Below, in pieces: positions 20,147 to 31,100 of a stretch of DNA of 64,000 bases. Position 1 is the first letter of the stretch; every line of letters begins with the position of its first letter. Made by a program: the position numbers and the translations under genes. The DNA lies in contig JBGVPY010000022.1 of the NCBI GenBank assembly GCA_045127235.1, positions 102,889 to 166,888 of the forward strand, written 5' to 3'. This stretch comes from Eubacteriales bacterium. Lineage in GTDB: Bacteria; Bacillota; Clostridia; Oscillospirales; CAG-272. The notes beneath the pieces were generated by a model, which saw only the letters and a program-made list of their open reading frames with translations, had not been told where the DNA came from and made no database searches.

Positions 20147-21268
20147 TTAATCTCTTCTTTGATAGAATACAAAGGACTTTAGAATTAATGCTACTATTAC
20201 AATGAACAATAATACTATACCAATGTACGTCCAAGCCATAACGCCCGCTACTGAAGGTCCACCTGCAGTACCTGTATATTCACCGCGTTTCCATAGTGCA
20301 GATTCCATGAGCTTCATAACTCTGTTATCGTAGCAAGTAAAGAGGTCGATTACTGTATATACTGCATTTACTAAAATCATAGGGCTGATCATTGGAAGAG
20401 TAATTTTCCAGAAGGTTTCCCAAGCGGAAGCACCCTCAACCTGACATGATTCATAGATAGATGGTGAAATTGACTGTAAGCCAGAGAGGAATATAAGCAT
20501 TTGTACACCTGAACGGCTCACGATATCAAAAATGTTGTTTACTAAGTTAGTTACGTATGTTACTAAGCCCGCACCTAATTTGATGCCGCCAAGTAGTTGT
20601 TGAATATCAAGAGCAGATACGATACCGCCTGCCTCTTCGCCTGTGTTTGTATCGATTGTACCTGATGAACCGTTGATAGCATCGCTGAATATATCCTGTG
20701 AGTTAAGTCTATCAATAATACCTGTTGATAGAATAACCGGTAGGAAGAATATTGCACGGAATGCTGCACGGCCAGTCATCTTTTGGTTAAGAATGATAGC
20801 CATAAAGAGTGCAAAGATTACAATAGCAGGAATTTGAAGAATCAAGTCCTCAAGACCGTCAACGATTGTGATTGGGAACCAGGGGTCAGTTGTATATACC
20901 TGTTGATAATACTTAAAGCCAACAAACGTCATTGTACCGTCTGTTGCAATATCACAGAACGTAACCTTTAATGATGTGAAAATGATAGGCGCATATACGA
21001 ATATAAGACCTAAAACAAAAGGAAGTGCAAAGAGCCAGCCGGAAAGAGATCTCTTTTGAAGAAGAGACATCTTACCTCTTCTTCGACGCGCCTCCTCCTG
21101 CTCCTTAAGTCTCGCTTTAACTCCACCTCTTGGAATTTGGCTTCTAATATCGGGAGTTTTAGCATAGTCAACTGCTTTTACGCTAAGCTCATATTCCTTA
21201 TTTTCAGAGGAATCACTTGCTAGCTTTACTTCATATGAATTTCTTCTAATTTGGTCATTTAAGCTCAT
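20147..21268 (-). CDS. Carbohydrate ABC transporter permease (MalF/LplB-like) with ~70-aa hydrophilic N-terminal extension, second pair
   Basis: EAA loop LQSISPSIYESCQVEGASAWETFWKITLPMISP. RBS AAGGAGG. Confidence 0.8.
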   Translation of the reverse strand: MSLNDQIRRNSYEVKLASDSSENKEYELSVKAVDYAKTPDIRSQIPRGGVKARLKEQEEARRRRGKMSLLQKRSLSGWLFALPFVLGLIFVYAPIIFTSLKVTFCDIATDGTMTFVGFKYYQQVYTTDPWFPITIVDGLEDLILQIPAIVIFALFMAIILNQKMTGRAAFRAIFFLPVILSTGIIDRLNSQDIFSDAINGSSGTIDTNTGEEAGGIVSALDIQQLLGGIKLGAGLVTYVTNLVNNIFDIVSRSGVQMLIFLSGLQSISPSIYESCQVEGASAWETFWKITLPMISPMILVNAVYTVIDLFTCYDNRVMKLMESALWKRGEYTGTAGGPSVAGVMAWTYIGIVLLFIVIVALILKSFVFYQRRD

Positions 21269-21282
21269 TTGTTTTTCCTCCT

Positions 21283-24003
21283 TTACTTAGAATATTTTGC
21301 ATAGCTAAACGGTGCGATTTCGTAGGTTGTACCATCAAGCTCAACTACTACATCGTAAGAGTTGTAGTTAAGTAAGAAGCCTTCGCCGCCATCATATACT
21401 ACAAGAACTACATTTGAGTTATTGAGTGAAACACCGTCTGCCTTACGAATTACGTTATAGCCGTATTTATTGTTAATAAACTCGTGTTCAACGATGTACT
21501 TATCCTGCTTATCCTTCATAAGCTCATTGAATTCCGTGTAGAGCTCAATGATGCTATCCTTAAGGATTGAGTATTTAACTGAGTAATATTTGTTATATTC
21601 CTTGTCAAACTTTAAGTACTCTGTATTTTGCATTGCAACCGTGAAATAGAGTGAAGCTCCGTTTTCAAGTGCCTTTAAGAACATATAGTCGCTGTCGCCA
21701 TCCATGTTAATAGCGTTGCCTGCAAACTCAATAGAGCCGTGGTAAACGATACCATAGAAAGGAACTGCTTCGCTTTGAATGAAGAAACGGCTTGAGTCAA
21801 GTGATGCGCCTAAGATAGCTGATGCATATGGAATTGCATATGAGTTACCGGAGTCAACAACTAAGCTGTACGCTTTGTTTGTATTGCCTTCCTTTTTGCC
21901 TGAAAGATTTGCAAGCATGTTAACTACTTTATCCTTTGAAGCTTCTCTATCGTAATAGTCTTCCTTATCAAAGTCTGAGTTAAGGTCTGAGCCTAATGTT
22001 CTTACTGCTAATGATGTGAATGAAAATTCGCTTGCTGATGCATAGAATTTTTTATAAACTGAATCAAATGAAGCACTTGAAATTACAACGCCACCTGTTC
22101 TTTCAAAGGTTTGTGTTGATGCAATATATTCACGCTTTGTTGAATATCTGTTATCAAGTGTTCTTACGCCGTCCTTTTTGTAACTGATACCGCTAAATTT
22201 CTTTATATTACGAGAATACATAAATTCGATATCAGGTGTTACTTCAAATCCTGTTGTCTTAGCATATTCTACTAAATCATTGAAGCCATCGTTACCGCCT
22301 AAAACCTTTTGCCACTTAATAGAAGTAGGATAATAAGCATTCAAGCCACCGTTGTTAAAGCCCTTAAGCAAGAATGTCATGTTGCCAAGTCCTGCATTTG
22401 AAAGCTCCTTTTGAATGGTCTTGATATCCTCAAATGTTGTAAGTGCCTTATGAACCTTTACAGGGAATGTGAGCCACTTATCATCAACTTGAATTGAGCC
22501 GAACACTTCAATAAACAGCTTTGTAAAGTCTGTTACATCCTCAGCCTTAATTTTATCAAGAGAGCCCTTGTTTACTAAGTAATCTCTATAATAGTTAGCC
22601 ATTCCCATATATGAAGCGTTTTCATCTGCAAGAAGTGTATATTTTACTGTGCATTTGCCCTCATATACTCTATCAGCCTTAACGCCGATTACATTACTTG
22701 AGGTTGTACCGCTTGAGAATGCATCAGCAAGGTCATACTTATCTGTTGCAATAAGGCTAAATGATGAAAATGCTGAATGATAATAAACTGAGTGAATTGA
22801 TGAAATGGTTGCTAAAGCATCGCCATCCTCAATGATAGCAAAGAAGCCGTTGTTTTTGGTTGAATTTACTGCACCGAATACAGGCATTGAGTATTTTTCA
22901 ACATTTCTATCAGAAATTTGATAGAGTGTATAGTCTGTGCCATAAACTACGCCTGTAATATTGTCAACAATGTTATTTGCTACAATATCCTCATATCTTA
23001 CGATAGAACCACTACCGTCAGGTAAGAAGTTATATCCGTTGTGGTTTCTTTCTGCAGATCCAAAATAAGGGAGAATTGTAACTGATGTTACATAATACTT
23101 TTCCTTATTATATTTCATTGAGCCTGCGTCAAGCTCAGCCTTGAAGCCATCGTTATCTACTGTGTACTTAACAGTAAACGTGAAGTTTGGCTGCTCTTCC
23201 ATTACGAACTTATCGCCGTCTGTTTCTTCCTTAACCTCTTCATAGTCTGCATGAAGCTGATCAAAGGTATATTCAGTATATTTGTCAATAAGCTCTGCTG
23301 CATTTGTCCATGCAGTTAAATTTTTCCCATCAATATTAATTACATAAATAGGAGTTGTTTCGCATATTGGATACTTTTTAATCATGCTTTCTCTTCTACC
23401 TTGAGATTTGATTACAAAGTTTCCGTCAGCATCCTTTTCAAGAGGATAGTATTTTGTGTAAAGACTAGTTACTGTCTTTCTTTCACTTTCAGGAATTTGC
23501 TCAATAAGCTCTTCAAACTTAGTAAGCTCAATCTTTTGAGGTAATAAAAGCTCTTTTCTTCCGTCGCCTAATGTGTATTGAATTGATACACCGTTCATTA
23601 AATTGGTTACGATTAACTGGTTATCATAGGTTACGCAATCCTTATAGCTATAATAAGTAGTTTCGCCAGACATACCGATTGTTACAAAGTTTAAATATAC
23701 CTGTGAAAGATACTGTCCTATGATATCCTTTGTCATGCCCTTTTGGCTAAGGTCATAAGGATTGGATAAATAAATTTTACCGTTTTCTGTATTCTTTACT
23801 GCAATTTCGCCTGATTTTTTGTCACAGTAAAGCTCAATTTTACCGTTTTCGCTTGTTGAAGCAAGCTCCATTGTTGCTAGCTTTTCTTCTTCATTTTCAA
23901 AAACGTCTGTGTAATAATCGACTTCCTTTGCTGACACAACGCCAAACATCATTGGAAGTATCATAAGTACGGCAAGGAAAGCCGCTAATATTCTATTTTT
24001 CAT
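21283..24003 (-). CDS. Large secreted protein of unknown family (906 aa), possibly glycosidase-like
   Basis: Signal peptide MKNRILAAFLAVLMILPMMFGVVSA; RBS GGAGGG. I recognised no catalytic signature. It may belong to a DUF-type family (DUF5696-like, from memory, unverified). Confidence 0.5.
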   Translation of the reverse strand: MKNRILAAFLAVLMILPMMFGVVSAKEVDYYTDVFENEEEKLATMELASTSENGKIELYCDKKSGEIAVKNTENGKIYLSNPYDLSQKGMTKDIIGQYLSQVYLNFVTIGMSGETTYYSYKDCVTYDNQLIVTNLMNGVSIQYTLGDGRKELLLPQKIELTKFEELIEQIPESERKTVTSLYTKYYPLEKDADGNFVIKSQGRRESMIKKYPICETTPIYVINIDGKNLTAWTNAAELIDKYTEYTFDQLHADYEEVKEETDGDKFVMEEQPNFTFTVKYTVDNDGFKAELDAGSMKYNKEKYYVTSVTILPYFGSAERNHNGYNFLPDGSGSIVRYEDIVANNIVDNITGVVYGTDYTLYQISDRNVEKYSMPVFGAVNSTKNNGFFAIIEDGDALATISSIHSVYYHSAFSSFSLIATDKYDLADAFSSGTTSSNVIGVKADRVYEGKCTVKYTLLADENASYMGMANYYRDYLVNKGSLDKIKAEDVTDFTKLFIEVFGSIQVDDKWLTFPVKVHKALTTFEDIKTIQKELSNAGLGNMTFLLKGFNNGGLNAYYPTSIKWQKVLGGNDGFNDLVEYAKTTGFEVTPDIEFMYSRNIKKFSGISYKKDGVRTLDNRYSTKREYIASTQTFERTGGVVISSASFDSVYKKFYASASEFSFTSLAVRTLGSDLNSDFDKEDYYDREASKDKVVNMLANLSGKKEGNTNKAYSLVVDSGNSYAIPYASAILGASLDSSRFFIQSEAVPFYGIVYHGSIEFAGNAINMDGDSDYMFLKALENGASLYFTVAMQNTEYLKFDKEYNKYYSVKYSILKDSIIELYTEFNELMKDKQDKYIVEHEFINNKYGYNVIRKADGVSLNNSNVVLVVYDGGEGFLLNYNSYDVVVELDGTTYEIAPFSYAKYSK

Positions 24004-24016
24004 TTTCAGCCCTCCG

Positions 24017-26179
24017 TTACCTATAACTAATTTCATTAAATATTGTTGTTACAAAGGTTGTCATCTTTGTAAGTAATGATGTGAACAATACTGCGATAAA
24101 CATAATGAACACCATACCAACAAGAGTTGCAATTACTGTAAGGATATTCTTTCCTGATGAGTAATCGTGTGTTACCTGTAAGCCGAGAATCATCAAGAGC
24201 CCCATCCAAATGTATGCTACTGTAACGATCATTGTGGTAATTTGTCCCTCAGTACCAACTAAAACGTGTGTTAGAAGTGTTGAAATAACTACTAAAACAG
24301 GTACTGGGAAGAGTGAGTATGATACTGCAATAAAGATGTCCTTTAAGCTTCCTTCGCCATCGAAAAGTGTTGTAAAGCACCAGTTTGCAATGATTACAAG
24401 AGCGAACGGAATAACTACTGAGAAAATCTGACCGAAGGCTGAGCCTGCTGTGCCTTGAGGAGCATAATAGTAGCCTTGACCTTGCGCTTGAATAATGAAT
24501 GCGACAACTGTTGCGGCAATAAATACTAATGATGCTCTTACTGAGCCACGTTTTTCGTGTTTCAAATCCCAGAAGCCGTCAAATGGGTGGAACATTAAGT
24601 GGAAGCCGAAGGTTAATTCCTCAGCGAAGCTTCTTGGCCCTGCCTTAGTTGCAGCCGCCTTGTTAATTTTACCAGCTTTCTTAAATACTAATGATATTGC
24701 CCATACTAATAAAATGATACCTGCAATAAGTGGAAGGAATAATGTTTCCATTCTTTGCTTACGAAGCTCTTTGAAGGTTAAAGCATAGTTTTCAACGTCG
24801 TATGCATTCTTGAAATACTGTTCTGCTTCCTTATAGTCGCCCTTACGGTACATTGCTTTACCCTTTTCAACGTAAGCTGTGTCGAAGTTGTTATTCTTAG
24901 CAAGAACCTCATCCCACTTTTCAGCCGCCTTATCGTATTCTCTTTCGTTTTGAAGCTGGATAGCTTCATCAAGAAGGTTAGCATATTCTGTTCTTCTATA
25001 AACTGTGAATGCACCTACTGTTACGTCTAGAACGATAATGTTTGAGCCTTGGTATGTGATTGATACGGCGCTGGTAAGGTTACCAAGCTGTGAGCCTCTG
25101 TCTCCGAAGATGTATAAGAGGTTGCCGTCTTTATCGTAAGTATAAACCTTTGAACGTTTTTGGTCGATAATTGACCATACACCGTTTGGTCCGCTTGAAA
25201 TATCTGCTATTTCAGAAGGTCCCTTTGGTGCTGTTGCGTTTGAGCCTGTTAATAATTTTGTTGAATCAATGGCAACCTCGCCTGATGGAGCAAAGAAGCC
25301 GTTACGCTTCATGATATCTGTACCGTTAGCGTTTAAAAGTCTTACAGGAGAGCCGTCTGTTTCCTTGGTTGTAAGCTGTTCCTCTTGCTTTGTTTTGTCT
25401 TCTTCAGATGAATACATAATTGTTGCATATACGAATTCGCCTGTTGACTCATCAAGGTCAAGAGTGTTATAAACTGTTGGAACAAAGATTAATGCATCGC
25501 CTGCAGATTTACTGAACATTTGGATAAGTGCATCCATAGCACTAATTGTTACCTTTGGAGCGCCGATAAAGTTGATAAAATCGCCTTGGGCAGTCATAAC
25601 GATTACACCTTGAGTTGTATCGCTTGATGCTACGTAAATTCTACCATATTTATCTACTACGCAGCTTACAGGTGAATATTTTTGATTTTCATTGAAAAGC
25701 TCAGATTCTGGCTTGCCGATTTCTCTTATAAATTCGCCGTTATCCTGATTGAACACTAAAAGTCTTGAGTTAAGTGTATCACACACATAAAGTCCTTTAA
25801 AGTCACCATCATTAACAACGAATGTGCTTCTTGGTCCGCTGAATGTATCATCTATGCCGTGTTGGTTAATGAATCCATCGATAACATACTTTACTTCATA
25901 AAACTCATTAAGAACAACTAATCTATTGTTTTCCTTATCCGTTATATAAAGGTTTCCTTCGTTGTCCGATTCAATATCAGATGGGTTTCTTAATTTTACG
26001 TCAAGACCAAGTGAAACTGAGTTTACAATTTTCTCAGGAACATATGCATCAGGAGAGTCAAGAACCTCGCCGTCTATTGAATAGGTATAGGTTGCATAAG
26101 GTACTGTTGCGCTGATTACTGAAGGAAGGAGCATCATGAGCGCTAATGCTAATACTATTATTCTTGTTAGCTTTGTCAT
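24017..26179 (-). CDS. Membrane protein: signal peptide + NHL-repeat beta-propeller + TPR + C-terminal Yip1-like 5-TM domain
   Basis: NHL-like repeats (GNLYITDKENNRLVVLN, GLYVCDTLNSRLLVFN, GRIYVASSD..., GNLLYIFGDRG), a TPR pair (EYDKAAEKWDEVLAKNNNFDTAYVEKGKAMYRKGDYKEAEQYF), then FHLMFHPFDGFWDLK followed by 5 TM helices. Confidence 0.6.
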   Translation of the reverse strand: MTKLTRIIVLALALMMLLPSVISATVPYATYTYSIDGEVLDSPDAYVPEKIVNSVSLGLDVKLRNPSDIESDNEGNLYITDKENNRLVVLNEFYEVKYVIDGFINQHGIDDTFSGPRSTFVVNDGDFKGLYVCDTLNSRLLVFNQDNGEFIREIGKPESELFNENQKYSPVSCVVDKYGRIYVASSDTTQGVIVMTAQGDFINFIGAPKVTISAMDALIQMFSKSAGDALIFVPTVYNTLDLDESTGEFVYATIMYSSEEDKTKQEEQLTTKETDGSPVRLLNANGTDIMKRNGFFAPSGEVAIDSTKLLTGSNATAPKGPSEIADISSGPNGVWSIIDQKRSKVYTYDKDGNLLYIFGDRGSQLGNLTSAVSITYQGSNIIVLDVTVGAFTVYRRTEYANLLDEAIQLQNEREYDKAAEKWDEVLAKNNNFDTAYVEKGKAMYRKGDYKEAEQYFKNAYDVENYALTFKELRKQRMETLFLPLIAGIILLVWAISLVFKKAGKINKAAATKAGPRSFAEELTFGFHLMFHPFDGFWDLKHEKRGSVRASLVFIAATVVAFIIQAQGQGYYYAPQGTAGSAFGQIFSVVIPFALVIIANWCFTTLFDGEGSLKDIFIAVSYSLFPVPVLVVISTLLTHVLVGTEGQITTMIVTVAYIWMGLLMILGLQVTHDYSSGKNILTVIATLVGMVFIMFIAVLFTSLLTKMTTFVTTIFNEISYR

Positions 26180-26190
26180 AAATATCCTCC

Positions 26191-27075
26191 TTAATCCTTC
26201 ATACCGCTGGATGCCATTGTTTCGATGATGTTACTTTGAGTAATTACGAATACTAAAATCGGAACAACCATCATTATAACGGTACCGGCTGCTGCTGCAC
26301 CTGCACGGGCAACACCGCCTGCGGTAATCTGTGTAATTGCGTAGTTAAGTGTTTTGAACTGCTCACTATAAATATATGGTGAGGAGCCTGTTTGCCAAAG
26401 TCCTTGGAATGAATAGATAATAAGTGTTAACCAAGCAGGCTTAACCATTGGCATTGCAATTTGCCAGAATGTACGAATTTCGCTACAACCATCAAGACGA
26501 GCACTTTCAAGTACATCATCAGAGATTGAGGAGTCCATAAACTGCTTCATAAGGTATAGACCCATGGTTGAACCCCATGCCGGGATAATAATTGCAAATA
26601 CATTATCCATAAGACCGAGATATGATAATGTTAAGAAGTTTGCAATAGCTGTTACAGTTGAGGTAAACATAAGGGATTTCTGCATTAACCAGAATATGCC
26701 TTTTCTTCCTGGGAAAGGAATTTTAGCAAGTGCATATGCTGCAATTGATGAGAAGAATAAGTTACCGAATGTACCTGCGGCTGTAATAAACACTGTATTG
26801 AATATGTATCTTGAGAATGGAACCCATGATGTATTAAGCAAGCTGAACAAGTCAGAAAAGTTCTTGCCTGTTGGCTTTGATACATAAAATCTTGGTGGGA
26901 ACATCCATAATTCATCAAGTGGCTTGAATGACTGTATTACTGTATAATACATAGGAAGGAACATAAATACTCCCATAATTGCAAGGAATACAAATATTCC
27001 AGTGTCGCCTCCTACCGAACGGTTGAGGACAACCTGATGATTTCTAACACGCATTTTCTGCTCTTTTATTCTCAT
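26191..27075 (-). CDS. Carbohydrate ABC transporter permease (MalG-like), first pair
   Basis: 6 TM, EAA loop DDVLESARLDGCSEIRTFWQIAMPMVKP. Confidence 0.85.
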   Translation of the reverse strand: MRIKEQKMRVRNHQVVLNRSVGGDTGIFVFLAIMGVFMFLPMYYTVIQSFKPLDELWMFPPRFYVSKPTGKNFSDLFSLLNTSWVPFSRYIFNTVFITAAGTFGNLFFSSIAAYALAKIPFPGRKGIFWLMQKSLMFTSTVTAIANFLTLSYLGLMDNVFAIIIPAWGSTMGLYLMKQFMDSSISDDVLESARLDGCSEIRTFWQIAMPMVKPAWLTLIIYSFQGLWQTGSSPYIYSEQFKTLNYAITQITAGGVARAGAAAAGTVIMMVVPILVFVITQSNIIETMASSGMKD

Positions 27076-27076
27076 T

Positions 27077-28108
27077 TTATTGTCCTACCTTCGAGAGTGC
27101 TTTATTAACTAATGTGTTTGCTCCTATCATAATAAGGAACAATACGAATGCGATTGCTGAGGCGTAACCTACCTCCCAACGAGTGCTACCGTAGTCCTCA
27201 AGACAGTGCATGATTGTATGACATGAGTAGTTAACTGATGGGAAGCCGCAAAGTGCGGTTACTACGCCACCGAAGCCGAATGAGCCTGTAATTGCCATAA
27301 CGGCACCGAACATAAGCTGTGGCTTCATCATTGGTAATGTAATAAACCAAAGCTCTTGCCATCTGTTTTTAATTCCGTCAACGGCTGCGGCTTCAAATAA
27401 GCTCTTATTGATTGTTTGTAAGCCCGCGATGAATGAAAGGAATGCTGTACCAAGAGACATCCAGAGGGCAACGACAATACAAAGAGTCATTGCATACTTT
27501 TCATCGTGGAACCAAAGAATTGGTGTATTGATAATACCAAGGTCAAGTAAAATACCGTTTACGATACCGTACGAGTCATTTGAGAACATGATACCCCAAA
27601 TAAGATATACAGAGCCTGAAATTGATGGCGCGTAGAAGATGAGTGTTACAAATGCTCTTAATCTTGGTGAAAGCTCATTGATGAACCAAGCTACAAGGAA
27701 TGAAAGAATGTATGATACAGGTCCTGTAACTGCTGCAAAAATGAGTGTGTTTTTACATGCTAAAAGGAAGATATCATCATCAAAGAATAATCTCTTATAG
27801 TTATCAAACCAGATGAACATTTCCGAATTGATTTCAAGCATGTTAAAGTTAGTAAGACTGAGTATTAAAGAAAGTGCAACTGGTAATGCTGTGAAAAGAA
27901 TGAATACGAACATAAATGGAGCAATCATAAGGTAAGCTACCTTATTTCTCTTCATTTCCTTCCATGTCCATTGTGCTTTTGTCATGTCCTTACGGCATAC
28001 TGCTTTTTTCTTTTCTTGCTTTTCTTCAATAATACTATCGTTTTGTAAATTTTCCTGAGCCACTTCTTCGGTAGCTTGGGCGTTTTGGTTGTTATTTAAT
28101 TCGTCCAT
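27077..28108 (-). CDS. Carbohydrate ABC transporter permease (MalF-like), first pair
   Basis: EAA loop LQTINKSLFEAAAVDGIKNRWQELWFITLPMMKP. RBS AAGGAGAG. Confidence 0.85.
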   Translation of the reverse strand: MDELNNNQNAQATEEVAQENLQNDSIIEEKQEKKKAVCRKDMTKAQWTWKEMKRNKVAYLMIAPFMFVFILFTALPVALSLILSLTNFNMLEINSEMFIWFDNYKRLFFDDDIFLLACKNTLIFAAVTGPVSYILSFLVAWFINELSPRLRAFVTLIFYAPSISGSVYLIWGIMFSNDSYGIVNGILLDLGIINTPILWFHDEKYAMTLCIVVALWMSLGTAFLSFIAGLQTINKSLFEAAAVDGIKNRWQELWFITLPMMKPQLMFGAVMAITGSFGFGGVVTALCGFPSVNYSCHTIMHCLEDYGSTRWEVGYASAIAFVLFLIMIGANTLVNKALSKVGQ

Positions 28109-28130
28109 TTACATTTCTCTCCTTATAGTA

Positions 28131-31100
28131 TTATTGATTACCCTTATTAAGCTTAGGGTTGGCTTTTAAATCTGCAAGTGTTTGTCCAATTTCAAGAACA
28201 TCCATACCGAACTCTGTACGCTTTCTTATGATTTCCTTGTTAATTGTATTAACATAGTCCATAAGAGCATCAGCTGGGTCCTTACCATCGTTATACGCTG
28301 CTAAGAATGCGAAGTTGACATAACGAGCAAGGTAGTAGCTACCTGGATGGTTTTCTACTGCTGCAAGATTTTCAAATTGAGCAAGAATGTTTGTTGCTTC
28401 CTCGCTAGTCCATGGAAGCTCAGCTAAAGCCTCTGTATTAGCGGTTGCAGGTCTTGCTGCAATACCCTTGATTGATACGATGTCGTTTGAATATGGGATT
28501 TGGAAGTCTGCTGATGTGTACCACTTCATAAACTCCCAAGCATTTTCTTGGTTGTCGCTACCAGCAAGCATTACTGTTCCTGTTACGCCTGCCATTGCGC
28601 AGTTATTGATATACTTCTCGCCTGTTTCCTCATCTACAAGCTCATAGCCAGGAAGTGGAACGAATGCCCAAAGTCCTGAAAGCTCTGATGCGAAGATTGA
28701 TAATTGGTTACATGCTGTATATGCTGCAATACCGATAGGCATTTCACCTGTTCTGAAACGGTTTGCAAAGTCATATGTGTATGGAAGTGAGTATTGAGTG
28801 TACATGTTACAAAGCTTTGTAAATGCATTTAATACGCCCGGGTCATCAAAGTTGATACGCATACCTTCATCAGCGTATGCCTCATTACCGCTTTGATAGA
28901 TAAAGGTGTAGATATCGTTTTGAATACCGATTTCCATATTATTATATTGAAGAACAGGAAGGATACTGAGAAGGTCATCCCATGTTTTTGGAACCTCAAG
29001 TCCTAATGATGATAATACATCCTTACGGTAGAACATCATTGAGAATGAAAGTGTATCAGGTAAAGCATAGTAAGACGCTGTCTTTGTGCCTGTTTCAATG
29101 TCATAGTTGTATAAGGTAAGAGGAACTACTGCTGCATTTGGGAATGCGGACAATACATCCTCGCCCTCTTCAAGATCTGCCTCAACAAATGTATTTAGAG
29201 GAACTACTGCGTTACGAAGCGCGTAGTCGATAATAGTTGTGCTTGCTTCCATAAGTGAAACATCTGGGCCTACGCCTGCAAGAACTGATGGTAAAAGTGT
29301 ACCACCTGATACAAGCTTAAGGTTTACGCCGATATTCTTCTTTGGTGTAAAGCTATTATCTGCAAGATTTCTTATAATTTGTGCTTCCTCACGACCTGCA
29401 GTACCGCCTGTTGTTACCCAAACCTCAACAGGGTTTACCTTAGCCTCGTCGCTTGTTGCACCGAGAGAGTTATAATCAGTTGTAAAGCTATAATAGAAGA
29501 GCTTTATTTGATACCAGAATGATGCAAAGAAGCCAGCCTCTGCCTTAGGTGCTTCTAATGCGGCATCTTGAATTTGAATATAGTCAACCTGAAGTGGTTG
29601 TGTTTGTGCGCTATTGATCCAAGTACCAAGAGAACCGATCTGTGTTTTTAATGTTGCTAGGTTACTTGGAATTTGCTTTTCATCACTTGCCATCTTATTG
29701 AGTAAGATATAAATCTGCTCAATAGTAGCGGTCTTTTCGCCCTTACCTACCTGCTCGACTAAGTAATTGTAAACGCTCTTTAAGTTTTCTGATTCGATCA
29801 TCATTGTCTTAAGAACATCAGGCATTACTCTTGAGAAGTGATATGTACGGTTTTCATCAGGATCACTACCTGTTAGCTTTAAAATTTCAAGGTAACAGCT
29901 ATTGATATTTGCAAGTGTTGAGTTAACCTGTTGGATAATTGATGACATTTCGCCAAGCACTGCCTCTAATTTGATTTCATGCTTGCCTTTAGTTAAATAG
30001 AACTTGAATTCTGTTGTGCCATCACCTAATTTTACTGTTTTCCAATCGTTTGTGAACGGGAAACGGCAATTTGTTGCCTCAGCAAAAGGAATCTCGCCAT
30101 CTACATAAATTCTTCTAGATACATACATACCACTTAAAAGGTCCTGCTTGTATCTTAATACGATAGAATAGTAGCCATCCTCTGCTACTTCAATTTCATA
30201 TGTCATCCATTCGCCAACGGTTTGCCATTGCTCTTTACCTGCGGTATTGTACTTTGTTACCTGTGCAGACTGCTCGCCTGTTAAGCCTGTTGTGATAGAT
30301 GATGTTCTATCATTTACAGGGTACATAGTAACATTTGATACCTTGCTTGGAGCTTCAGCTTCAATTTTAATTGGAGCTGATGTAACGCTTGAGCCTACAC
30401 CATGAAGCTTTAGATAATCATCATAAGAAATTATATCCTTTTGCGGACGAAGTGTAATTTTGCTAATATACACAGGCTCTCTAACGCTTTCAAATGTGAT
30501 AGTGTTTTCGCCATTTTTAAAATTGAACTCAAATGGATTTGTGTAATAGCCCTTTGAGTCAACTAATTCATACTCTGTCCAACCAAGAGAAGGAATAACC
30601 TCAGGTCTAATATCGTTTCCGTTTGTGTCGGTTTCAAAGGTCTTATTGCCGTTTTCATCAATCTTATAATTGTACTCCCAGATTTTTGAAAGCACGATTG
30701 AACGAGCCTCTGAGAACGGAACCTCGCCGTTAATGTAGAATACTCTTTCAATTGAGTTAGTTTTGTCATCATCTGCTTGACAGTACTCAATTGCGATAAC
30801 ATAGTTACCTGCTTTTTCCACATTAAACTTCCATGTTACCGAGCCTGTACTCGGAACATAAAGGACGCTTTCCTTTCCTTGCCAATCAACAACCTTATAA
30901 TCTGCGGTTGTGTCTTCCTTGACAAGACAATTAACATCATCTGATGCATCGATGATGATTTCTCCCTCGCCCTTAGGCGCGGTCAAGTAGTTCTTGCGGT
31001 ATTCTGCATAACTAAGCGCATTGAGTATTTCGCTTACATCAGCAATACTGCCAAGACCACCCTTATTACCGGCTGCGGACAATGGTATAATCATGGTTGA

